Notes: generated from the letters alone by a model not told the origin. Counted from the first letter of the stretch, positions 29,650-38,455 are shown. The stretch is 64,000 nucleotides of DNA from Promethearchaeota archaeon (GCA_019058245.1 JAHPZJ010000027.1:10344-74343), one strand, 5' to 3'. Program-made: numbers and translations.

Positions 29650-30411
29650 TTGAATTTTCTTATTCTTAATTACAAACTAAGGAAAATGATAGAAATGTTA
29701 ATTGATCCAAAAGTAAATAAATTGATAATCTTTAATGGTGGCGGTGGTATTGTTGAAAGACAGATTAAACTATCCTTAAATCAAGGTTTAAATAAATTTG
29801 AGATTGCCAATGTACCCGCTTCATTTGATCCTAATTCTGCAGATATCCAATTAGAATTTATTAATCCAGGAGATAAAGATTCAATCACCTTACAGCAAAC
29901 AATTGTATCACTTCCAGATAGAAATACTTCTCAGCAGATTATAGACCGAGAAAAATCCGCAGCAACCAGTATTATTTCATATGCTATTGATTTTACGCGT
30001 GAATTAAGAGAAAAAGTTTCTAATATATGTGAAGCAAGTTCTTATAGAACATTTGCGGATATGAAGGGTGTATTTGATTTTATAATAAGTGCTTCAAAAG
30101 TGGGTGAAATAATTGTAAAGATAATATATTTCATTGCAGATCTCCGTATTAAATGGCAAACTACATTGCAAGTTGATATAAAAAATGATGGCAAAAATGC
30201 TCAAATCGAAGGATTTCTCGTTGTGGATAATCAAACAGGATTTTCTTATGAAAATGTAGAACTTGGTTTTGCAATTTTCGAGTTACCGAGTACTGACATG
30301 GAGATACAATATGATAATTTTGGTGAAGCCGAAGAAGAAATGGCTCAACAGGCGATTTCGAGCCTATCAAAACAAAAAAGAACTCAACGAATGAGGAATT
30401 TAATGCTCTGA
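29650..30411 (+). CDS. hypothetical protein
   Basis: 253-aa ORF from a TTG start; ATG codons 11-15 codons further in are alternatives. No firm motif. Confidence 0.5.
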   Translation: MNFLILNYKLRKMIEMLIDPKVNKLIIFNGGGGIVERQIKLSLNQGLNKFEIANVPASFDPNSADIQLEFINPGDKDSITLQQTIVSLPDRNTSQQIIDREKSAATSIISYAIDFTRELREKVSNICEASSYRTFADMKGVFDFIISASKVGEIIVKIIYFIADLRIKWQTTLQVDIKNDGKNAQIEGFLVVDNQTGFSYENVELGFAIFELPSTDMEIQYDNFGEAEEEMAQQAISSLSKQKRTQRMRNLML

Positions 30412-30412
30412 G

Positions 30413-31102
30413 GTGAAAAAAGTGAAAGCTAATGTACCTACTCGTAAAAAAATAAAGCTTAATTGGTTTAAATCGAATTGTGCATTGAATATTGAGCGCA
30501 AGATTGCAATTGAATATAATACCAATTCAGTAACTTATAATAAAATAACTTGGGATGTTTTAGTTCAATATGTTCTCACAAAAGAGGGAGATCCTAAAGA
30601 AATTCCTGCAAATTCCCCAATGACGCTCTACAAGGGAGGCTTACCTTTCCTTTTCTTATCAACTTCAGTAACAATTGGGAATAAAATAATCTCAGAGGAA
30701 CTGATTGATTCAGATATTACTGTTGACGATGATATTATAAATGTTGATGAAGGAGAAGATAAAGTCACCTACGAAGATGCTCGGGATCCTAAAGAGCATA
30801 TTGAGGTAAGAACTCGACTTGATAAAATTACAAGGAAAATTACTATTGAAAACAAACTAGACAATGAAATAGATTTAGAACTTAATTTCAAACAAACAAA
30901 AGATGTTTCTTTTATAAAATCACAACCTGAACCATCAAAAGTCGAAGAACCTAATTATAATTATAATATAAAAATACCTTCAGAGCAAAAAGGCAGTGTA
31001 ATCTTAGATCTTCAAGCAAAAATTGTGAAAAGAGTTACAAGAATTAAACCAGAATATTTAAAATTAGAAGAAAATAGAATTAATAGGTTTAAAGATAAAT
31101 AA
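30413..31102 (+). CDS. hypothetical protein, translationally coupled to 29650..30411
   Basis: 229-aa ORF. GAGGTGA overlaps the upstream TGA; GTG starts are possible at 30413 or 30422. Confidence 0.5.
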   Translation: MKKVKANVPTRKKIKLNWFKSNCALNIERKIAIEYNTNSVTYNKITWDVLVQYVLTKEGDPKEIPANSPMTLYKGGLPFLFLSTSVTIGNKIISEELIDSDITVDDDIINVDEGEDKVTYEDARDPKEHIEVRTRLDKITRKITIENKLDNEIDLELNFKQTKDVSFIKSQPEPSKVEEPNYNYNIKIPSEQKGSVILDLQAKIVKRVTRIKPEYLKLEENRINRFKDK

Positions 31103-31285
31103 CTAATTTTTTTTATTTTAAGCAAAAAAATTTTGATATTTTAGGTTGTCCCTAGTACATTGGGATTTTTTTTCTATATTTGATATCTATTAAAATTCAA
31201 AAGTATAGGTATAAAACATTTAAAATTACAAATGTATTTTTATTACATAATTAAAACTTAAATTAATATAAAAAGTAGAAGTCCA

Positions 31286-31537
31286 ATGAAACTGGAACGT
31301 ATTAAAATTGAAAAAAAAAGATTTCTTACCCTTACGGTTATCTTCATAATAGCAGGGTCAATTCTTCTTGTTTTATCTGGTATTTGGGTTGTATCATGAG
31401 GTGAAATCGTGTATTCTTACGAATATTTAATGATTCCCGCAATAATATGCTATGTGGGGGCAATTGCTTTTTTTATAGTATATTTAATAGTAGTTATAAT
31501 GCAATTTCGAATGAAAAGAATAAATCAAGCAAATTAA
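31286..31537 (+). CDS. candidate small membrane selenoprotein, copy A (UGA at 31397..31399 read as Sec)
   Basis: ATG 31286 to TAA 31537 is open except for one TGA. There are two predicted TM helices. The post-TGA frame is conserved with copy B (PAIIC[YF]VGAI), and a SECIS-like element lies 48 nt downstream. Confidence 0.55.
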
Positions 31538-31584
31538 AAATTATATCGAGAAAATGAGTATATATAAGATCTAACTTGAGAAAA

Positions 31585-31637
31585 ATGATTTCTATAAAAA
31601 AATTTTAGTTATAGGATGATTATCCCCGCAAGGGACT
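31585..31637 (+). promoter_or_regulatory. SECIS-like 3' stem-loop, copy A
   Basis: AUGAU, then an 8-bp helix (31590..31597 with 31609..31616) with an A-rich loop, then UGAU, then the hairpin UCCC-CGCAA-GGGA. It is near-identical to 32052..32102. Confidence 0.5.
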
Positions 31638-31774
31638 CAAGTTTTTTTATTTATATTTATAATGAATCATAAAAAAATAATCAAGAATTTCACACACTAA
31701 TATTAAAAAGAAAAAACTGATTTATATAGAATAATTATATAATAAATTAATCAACATTTAAAGGGAAAGATTCA

Positions 31775-31990
31775 ATGAAATATAGCACAAGTAGAGAAAT
31801 ATTTTCTGGATTTACGGTTTTCTTTGTAATTATCGGTATATGTCTTCTTTTATTATCTGGTCTTATGGCTTGAGGAACACAAGTATTTCCATACGCGTGG
31901 GTTCCAGCAATTATATGTTTTGTTGGTGCGATAATTTCCTATGATTCATATAAAAAAGTAGTAAAACAAGATTCTCGAAATAAAAAATAA
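31775..31990 (+). CDS. candidate small membrane selenoprotein, copy B (UGA at 31871..31873 read as Sec)
   Basis: ATG 31775 to TAA 31990 is open except for one TGA at the position homologous to copy A. No in-frame ATG/GTG/TTG follows the TGA. A SECIS-like element lies 62 nt downstream. Confidence 0.55.
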
Positions 31991-32051
31991 ATTATGTTCC
32001 TAAAGAATATACTGATAAACTCTGTTTAATTGTCATCATTAATCCAAAAAA

Positions 32052-32102
32052 ATGATTCCTATAAAAAAATCTTAGTTGTAGGATGATTATCCCCGCAAGG
32101 GA
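32052..32102 (+). promoter_or_regulatory. SECIS-like 3' stem-loop, copy B
   Basis: AUGAU, then an 8-bp helix (32057..32064 with 32076..32083), then UGAU, then the hairpin UCCC-CGCAA-GGGA (32090..32102). Confidence 0.5.
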
Positions 32103-32120
32103 TTTGGATTACATATTTTT

Positions 32121-32480
32121 TTAACCAGTTCTTTTGATTATATGATATCCAAATTTGGACTTTACTGGTTGTGAAATCTCACCTATCTTCAAATTCGTGC
32201 ATGCATTCCAGAACTCCGGAACCATATCTCCTTTAGCAAATTCACCTAAATTACCACCTCTTTTCTTACTCGAACATGTGGAATATTGGTTTGCCAATTG
32301 CTCAAATTTTTCACCTGCCTTTAAATCCTCATAAATCTCTTGAGCTTTAGTAAATTTTTCTACTAAGATGTGACTTGCTTTAATTTTTCCTCCACGAATG
32401 GGATTCCCTCCTGTTTTTGAGCCTCCTCCTTTTGATTGTGATCCTTTTTGAAATCCCTTTCCATATTTATTTTTTCCCAT
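32121..32480 (-). CDS. parvulin-type peptidyl-prolyl isomerase with Gly/Lys-rich N-terminal tail (Par14-like)
   Basis: 119 aa. The tail MGKNKYGKGFQKGSQSKGGGSKTGGNPIRGGK is followed by a PpiC domain (ASHILV, GGNLGEF, FGYHIIKR). Confidence 0.85.
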   Translation of the reverse strand: MGKNKYGKGFQKGSQSKGGGSKTGGNPIRGGKIKASHILVEKFTKAQEIYEDLKAGEKFEQLANQYSTCSSKKRGGNLGEFAKGDMVPEFWNACTNLKIGEISQPVKSKFGYHIIKRTG

Positions 32481-32559
32481 ATAAATTCACTATAATTGAA
32501 TAAATTTAGTTAAAAATTTCTGATATACTTTTTATAAGTCAAAAAATAAGTTAAATAGA

Positions 32560-32976
32560 TTAATTGATTATGAGATACCTGAAATTCTTAATCTCTTCAA
32601 TGCTGTTTATTTCGACAACAAGTCTTTGGAATCCTTGAAGAGTTCCATCATAAACCATGAATGTGATAAAATTATTATTAACAAAATTTTGGTTTTTACT
32701 TACTATTTCTTCTTTATACTCATTTTCAATTCGGTTTAGTTTCTTTTGAACATAATGATCATTTGGAGCAACTATAATCATATTACCAATTATATTTTTT
32801 GTGATTGGGAGTAACTCGCTAGATGAATCGAGACTAGAGGATATATCCTCTGTTGACATTAAGCGTAATAAAGCATCTCGGATTAATTTAGACTTATTAT
32901 CATAATGATTTTTTGAAACAAGCTTATTTATGAACTTTTTAAGACTCTCGTTAATACTAATACTTATAATGGGCAA
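32560..32976 (-). CDS. NikR-family ribbon-helix-helix regulator (metal ligands not evident)
   Basis: 138 aa. The N-terminal RHH (IISISINESL...NKSKLIRDALLRL) resembles the NikR GYxNRSEAIRDLLR region. The C-terminal ACT-like part lacks the His cluster. Confidence 0.55.
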   Translation of the reverse strand: MPIISISINESLKKFINKLVSKNHYDNKSKLIRDALLRLMSTEDISSSLDSSSELLPITKNIIGNMIIVAPNDHYVQKKLNRIENEYKEEIVSKNQNFVNNNFITFMVYDGTLQGFQRLVVEINSIEEIKNFRYLIIN

Positions 32977-33051
32977 GTTTTTTCCTCTTTATTTCCTATT
33001 TAATATTAATACTAGATAAACAGATTTATAAATTTTTTTTACAAAATAGTC

Positions 33052-35424
33052 TTATAATTTAATAGATCTCGCAATAACAGTTCTGAAATTTTCGACATCA
33101 TTAACTAATTTATCAGCGTCTTCATCGTTAATCTTATCATCTTTACCGTATTTATTCAATTGAGTAAGCCAAAACTCAATTCTACCAAGAATAGCTTCTT
33201 TTTCACCTAGTACTTTTCGCAGTCGTACAAAAGTATCATGTAATTTGTTTCTTATATTTTGAGCTTTCCATCTCAACATACAATAATCAGAAATTTCTGC
33301 CAAATTTTGGGTTATCGCCATTACATCAATAGTTTTTTCTCGTTCCTCTGATTTAATCTTCCGTATTATATTTATTTCCTCAAATAAAAGCTCTATTATC
33401 TTAGCAAGGAAGCCAGTAAGTTGACCTGAATGGTTACACCAAACTCTAACCTCTAAAGACTGATTTACCTCAGATACATAAACTCGTGTTACAATTCTTC
33501 CACCACCAACCTTTGCTTCGGAACAATGCCAACTTTCTGCTTCATATTTTCCTTTCGCATCACTACCTTCATGAGAAGTGACTGTACTTACTTCAAAACG
33601 CTTTATTGTTCTTACTGCCGCTCTAAATGCTAAGCGGGGGTCTAAATCAGCAATTAAAAATGCTCGAGCATCATTAGGAAGATCTGCAATAGCTATTTGG
33701 ATATCTTCAATTGTAGCTAAACAAGAAACTACCAAAGGACATTTTATTTGCACTTCTTTTTTTCTTATATGGACAGTTTTTTTGTCTCCTGATGCCGTTT
33801 TGTAGATTACATCACCACCAATATTCGATATCCCACATTCTTTTGGTTCTAAATAGAAATCAACACCTCTAGAATTTTTAGCTTCGATAACTGGTATATT
33901 TATTAGATGATCCTTCGCTTTATAACTAGTTGGTACATCTAAGAGTACTTTAACTGAATTAATTGTCATACTACCTTGATTACGGATGACTACTTTAAAG
34001 TGTAATTGACCTCCAATAAAATCATATTCACGAACTACTTCAATTTTCCCACCATCAGTAGGTTCTTTAGTAATTTTCTGTGTTGATTGATCTTTTACTT
34101 CCATTGGTACACTATAAGCCACAAATGTTCTCTTTGACATATCAATATATCCATCAATATCACCGCGAGCAATAATCTGAGCTAAATTTTCTTCAATGCT
34201 TGATTCAGTTACTCCTAATCTATTAGCTAATTCTCTTAAAGGCATAGTTCTATATGCTCTTGCAAGTTCTTTTATTTTCTTCTCCATATATTTATTTGTC
34301 ATAAATTCTCTTCTTTGTGTAAAGATTCCTTTGATAGAACCTGTTTTTATAAGTTCATGAAGGCTTTTTCTTGCTAATTCTACAGCAATTTTTAATTTTG
34401 TGGCTAGTTTTGAAAGCTCAAATAATCCTGTCTCTTTAGAATAGTTTTTAATATCTTGATAAATTTGATCTGCTGTAATGATTTCATTTCCACGATCTGC
34501 AAAAAATCCGTTAATGGATTTTGTTCTCATTATGTTTACACAAAATGACTTTACAAGTTCCGTTGGAATGTGAAAATTATTTGCAAGTTGTTTTAAGGAG
34601 ACCCTACCTTTAGATTTTACTTCTTTTATCAAATTATCTAGGATATATTTTTGAGTATAATACGTCTCTTTATCTAATGAGAAAGATCCTTTTATTTGGA
34701 ATTGATTAATTAATTTATAAATTACTTTTATAGCTATATCAGAACTCATATCAAGCATTATTCCTAAATCTGCTACCTTAACTGAACCTTCACTCTGAAA
34801 CTTTGCTAATACTTTTTTCCGTATTTCGGTAGAGATATAATAAAACATCTGATTTTTTTGATCAATAATTCCATAGATTCTTTCTTCTTCTATATATTTA
34901 TTGATGAATTTAACCATCTGTTCGGCTGAGATATTAAATGAATTCATAATTGTTGAAAAGTTAATTATCGGGGCTCTTTTTAATAGATCCAAGAAACATT
35001 TAGGACATACTTCCCTTCCTATAATATGTCTTAATTTCTTACTACATAATGTCATTTTACTTCCTTTCATAAGGCCATATCTTATCGCTTCTCTTGCTAA
35101 TTTCTCTTTTGATGGAAAAAATAAACCTGGGGTTTTTAGATATGAATTCCAAGCTTCTGGACAATCAGTATTAGTACATTCTAAATAATATTGACCTGAA
35201 GATAACCTTTCCAATCTTAAAAGATGCTTACAAACAGGACATTCACTATTATCTACAACGGTACATTTATAGTTTCTTTCTATTGCCTTTACTTTTGAAT
35301 AGAAGAGATTGTGTTTTCGACACTCATGAGTTTCTGTGGTTGCTATATGATTAATACAGAAACTGGAATTACATTTTTCACACGTAAAGTCGATTCTTTC
35401 GCTTTCACAAAATAAACATTTCAT
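33052..35424 (-). CDS. large multidomain protein: AN1-like zinc finger, further CxxC ribbons, four winged-helix-like repeats, beta-sandwich-like C-terminal region
   Basis: 790 aa. C3-x2-C6-x8-C15-x2-C18-x4-C23-x2-H26-x6-H33-x-C35 is close to the AN1 pattern. Four segments of about 60 aa repeat, each ending ...G(S/D)I(K/D)G(I/Y/F)F. Confidence 0.55.
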   Translation of the reverse strand: MKCLFCESERIDFTCEKCNSSFCINHIATTETHECRKHNLFYSKVKAIERNYKCTVVDNSECPVCKHLLRLERLSSGQYYLECTNTDCPEAWNSYLKTPGLFFPSKEKLAREAIRYGLMKGSKMTLCSKKLRHIIGREVCPKCFLDLLKRAPIINFSTIMNSFNISAEQMVKFINKYIEEERIYGIIDQKNQMFYYISTEIRKKVLAKFQSEGSVKVADLGIMLDMSSDIAIKVIYKLINQFQIKGSFSLDKETYYTQKYILDNLIKEVKSKGRVSLKQLANNFHIPTELVKSFCVNIMRTKSINGFFADRGNEIITADQIYQDIKNYSKETGLFELSKLATKLKIAVELARKSLHELIKTGSIKGIFTQRREFMTNKYMEKKIKELARAYRTMPLRELANRLGVTESSIEENLAQIIARGDIDGYIDMSKRTFVAYSVPMEVKDQSTQKITKEPTDGGKIEVVREYDFIGGQLHFKVVIRNQGSMTINSVKVLLDVPTSYKAKDHLINIPVIEAKNSRGVDFYLEPKECGISNIGGDVIYKTASGDKKTVHIRKKEVQIKCPLVVSCLATIEDIQIAIADLPNDARAFLIADLDPRLAFRAAVRTIKRFEVSTVTSHEGSDAKGKYEAESWHCSEAKVGGGRIVTRVYVSEVNQSLEVRVWCNHSGQLTGFLAKIIELLFEEINIIRKIKSEEREKTIDVMAITQNLAEISDYCMLRWKAQNIRNKLHDTFVRLRKVLGEKEAILGRIEFWLTQLNKYGKDDKINDEDADKLVNDVENFRTVIARSIKL

Positions 35425-35584
35425 AGTTTGAAATATAATTTTAATTTTTGAATCTATATTATATTTAAAAAAATTCTAATTTAATATTTTATTGGGAGAC
35501 CAATTTTATTTTTTTAATATCATTGGAATTTTATATAGGATTTTAATTTTTGCATTATAATGTGAGAATTATTTCTGAAATAAA

Positions 35585-36316
35585 CTAAAAAGAAGATTCT
35601 GGGAATATATAAACCCCTAAAAATGATAAGATCATAATTATAGTATTAACTAATATTATAATAATTAACATAGTTAATATTATCCAATTCCTTTTGGATG
35701 GAGCAGATTTCATAATTTGAGATGTTCCATGCTTAGCTAAAGCTAAGGGAAATAATCCGATAAATGTACCTAATGAAAAATAAAACACAGTAAAAATTCC
35801 ATCAATAAACCCCAACCAACCACTTAACGAAAATGCTAAACATTGAGAATAAATGAAAAGCTCAAAAATACATGGAGCAAATCCTGCTAATATCCCAAAT
35901 AAATAAGGAGTCTTGTTTTTTTCCCAATTAAATTCAAATATTTCATCTTTTCTTTTTGAATGAGGCATATAACCCTTGCTTGCATAAATAAATAACAAAA
36001 TAAATCCTGCAAACATGGATGTTAATGCTCCAAAAAAATAGATTACATTTTTTGGTATTTCATGTATTCCTGGTATCAAGAGACGAGGAATAAAACTAAT
36101 TAAAATAGTAATGCTGGCAATTAACATATTAGAGGTCATTAATCCTAAGCCATAAAGTACTAAGATAATGAGACTTTTTTTAGGAGTTTTCGAGATCCCA
36201 AATGACCAAAAGAAAAATATTGCTTTATCTTCACAAGGCATTAAAGTATGGAATATTCCTATAATAAAAGCGGGAGCAAAAATTAGTAATAATGGCTGAG
36301 GATTAAATTCTAACAT
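35585..36316 (-). CDS. polytopic membrane protein (DsbD_2/UreH-like, putative transporter)
   Basis: 243 aa with about 6 TM segments. GIFHTLMPCEDKA and FAPCIFELF motifs; the assignment is weak. Confidence 0.4.
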   Translation of the reverse strand: MLEFNPQPLLLIFAPAFIIGIFHTLMPCEDKAIFFFWSFGISKTPKKSLIILVLYGLGLMTSNMLIASITILISFIPRLLIPGIHEIPKNVIYFFGALTSMFAGFILLFIYASKGYMPHSKRKDEIFEFNWEKNKTPYLFGILAGFAPCIFELFIYSQCLAFSLSGWLGFIDGIFTVFYFSLGTFIGLFPLALAKHGTSQIMKSAPSKRNWIILTMLIIIILVNTIIMILSFLGVYIFPESSF

Positions 36317-36390
36317 TTTTGTTTTAAATTTTAATTTAATGATAAAATATCGGATTTTTTTATCTGTTTATATATCTTCAATTATTATAT

Positions 36391-37686
36391 TTAGAATTTA
36401 TTATTAATTTTAGGCGTATTTCTTATTAAACAAGATTTACAAATGCTATAAAAAATTAATAACAAAAAAACAGTACTCGCAAAATTAAAAGGAAACCATC
36501 TTTGTGTAAGAACCCATATTCCAAAAAATGCTAAATCAAAGAAATTCAAGAAGAAAAAACTAGGTTTATTAAATTTTCTAGTTAAATCTGAATTTTTAGG
36601 TAAATTAAATATGATGATTATCAAAAGTGGTGTTAGGATCAGAATGTGATGATCCCAAGAATCGAAATATCCCAAAAGCATAATTAAAATACCAAAAGTA
36701 TATCCATAAATTAAATCATTATCCTCAAATCTTCTAACCAAATAAGTTATAAATCCTATTCCACCTAAAATAAAAAGAATAACTAGAAAAATTGGTAATT
36801 GAAAACTTAATAACTGTTCTTGTGAAAAACCTATAACTATAAGAAAGTTTTGAATTAATTTAGTTATACTAAATGAATGATTCACAATAACAGTATCCTC
36901 TCCAGTAAGATTTACATTTAAAAACCCATGCAATAATTCAGGATGTATGAAAAATATGAAGAAATTTAACGATACTGGAATTAGAAAACCAACCAAACGA
37001 ATAATTGACTTAATAAATTTAATTTCAAATTTCTTTTGCTCTAAGTCAAAATGAACCAACATTAAAAAGGGGAGCAAAAAGATAGTAATAGGTTTAAATA
37101 ATATGCTAATCCCTAAAATAATACTTGCTATAAAATTATGTTTAGTATCTTCATATTTTAGGAAGAGAAAAAGCGATATTAAAATTAAGAGTGTAATATA
37201 TAAATTAATTTGTCCCAAAATGTAATTAAATAGGTTAGGTAATCCAATTAGGAACAAACTAACATATAATACAATTCTTTTATCCCCTTGTTCATGGTCT
37301 TCTCTTCTAATAAGAACAATTAATTTATAGAGAACTAAAAAGATTAAAATATTTAATATTAGATTAATGAGTGTGAATACTATGAATCCTAAATCAAAAC
37401 CCATTAAATAAAAAGGGACAAAAAAAAGAGCAGATATTGGAAAATATCTAAATGGCCAACGACTATAATTATTTTTGTTGTATAATTCATTCACATTGTT
37501 AATAAAAACTTTCCCTCCTTCATAATAAACTAAAAAATCATTTTGATCTCTCAAAAAAACCAGAGTTAAAATTAGCGCTAATATAAAGTAAAAAATGTGA
37601 ATTATTACAGCATATCGAAAGATCTTGAATTCCCATAATTCCCTAAATCTTCTTTTTATTATACTCATATGAGTTTTCATAATCAA
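36391..37686 (-). CDS. GT-C type membrane glycosyltransferase-like protein (DUF2029/GT87-like), paralogue of 38452..39726
   Basis: 431-aa polytopic protein with FRYFPISALFFVPF and GQINLYITLLIL motifs. It aligns along its whole length with 38452..39726. Confidence 0.5.
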   Translation of the reverse strand: MIMKTHMSIIKRRFRELWEFKIFRYAVIIHIFYFILALILTLVFLRDQNDFLVYYEGGKVFINNVNELYNKNNYSRWPFRYFPISALFFVPFYLMGFDLGFIVFTLINLILNILIFLVLYKLIVLIRREDHEQGDKRIVLYVSLFLIGLPNLFNYILGQINLYITLLILISLFLFLKYEDTKHNFIASIILGISILFKPITIFLLPFLMLVHFDLEQKKFEIKFIKSIIRLVGFLIPVSLNFFIFFIHPELLHGFLNVNLTGEDTVIVNHSFSITKLIQNFLIVIGFSQEQLLSFQLPIFLVILFILGGIGFITYLVRRFEDNDLIYGYTFGILIMLLGYFDSWDHHILILTPLLIIIIFNLPKNSDLTRKFNKPSFFFLNFFDLAFFGIWVLTQRWFPFNFASTVFLLLIFYSICKSCLIRNTPKINNKF

Positions 37687-37696
37687 TCTCTATTAT

Positions 37697-38455
37697 TTAT
37701 TCTCTATTTCTAGAAAATACCCATTTTTTCTTTTTTATTATAATTATTGTTAATGCTAAAAGGAATAAAAAAACCAATCCAATCAATGTAGGTACGACAT
37801 AAACAGGTAAATAATCTAAATTAATATCTAAAATTACATGATAATCCCCTATATAAAGTTTATAAGAATCTAGTATTCCTTGATCATTATAGATAGCGAT
37901 AATTTTAATATCTTTTGAGGGAACTCCATTTGATATTGCATTTTCTCTAATCTCAACATTTAAAGTAGGTAAAACTCTATTATCTACATCATACCAATTA
38001 TTAAGACTTAATTCTCCCATGTATTCTCCTACAGGAATAGGAAACCAAAATGGTACAAGAGAAGAATACTCAGAAAAATTCAATATTTGAGAGTAATCAT
38101 TAGGATTGGAATAATAGGTTATTTCAGAATCATTATCTTTTACACCCCAATTGTCCTTATTATTCCATCTCCATATACTAAAATTTAAACTTATGAATAC
38201 CTCATCAGATTCAATATTATTAATTCTCCATTTCATACTTTTACCTTGACTCATGTTTTCGAAAATTCCTGAATCATCCCATCCTTCACCAAAAATACTA
38301 GTTATTTGCCTTTCATTACATACTTTACATTTCCATATTAATTCTTGATCGTTTTGTATCCCTATACTATAAGCAGCAACACTAATATGCAAAATTCCAA
38401 TATATAATAGTAATAAAATGAGAGTAAAGTTCAATAGAATAACCTTCCTCTTCAA
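37697..38455 (-). CDS. secreted protein with C-terminal membrane anchor
   Basis: 252 aa with an N-terminal signal-like hydrophobic stretch, several N-x-S/T sequons and a C-terminal TM plus KKKK. The 4-nt overlap with the upstream gene reads ATGA on the coding (minus) strand. Confidence 0.55.
   Translation of the reverse strand: MKRKVILLNFTLILLLLYIGILHISVAAYSIGIQNDQELIWKCKVCNERQITSIFGEGWDDSGIFENMSQGKSMKWRINNIESDEVFISLNFSIWRWNNKDNWGVKDNDSEITYYSNPNDYSQILNFSEYSSLVPFWFPIPVGEYMGELSLNNWYDVDNRVLPTLNVEIRENAISNGVPSKDIKIIAIYNDQGILDSYKLYIGDYHVILDINLDYLPVYVVPTLIGLVFLFLLALTIIIIKKKKWVFSRNRE

Noticed and set aside
30409-30422. Possible frameshift joining 29650..30411 and 30413..31102 (1-nt gap, different frames).
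   Set aside because: The junction reads TGAGGTGAAAAAAGTG. A GAGGTGA Shine-Dalgarno overlaps the stop, and GTG starts follow at 30413 or 30422. This is ordinary translational coupling of two genes; there is no slippery sequence.
31397-31399. TGA in the twin ORFs read as Trp (genetic code 4/25) or as two separate mini-genes.
   Set aside because: TGA terminates well-supported genes in the same window (cheD, the 4Fe-4S protein, 29650..30411). Copy B has no start codon after the TGA. Recoding at specific sites is more consistent with the data than a global code change.
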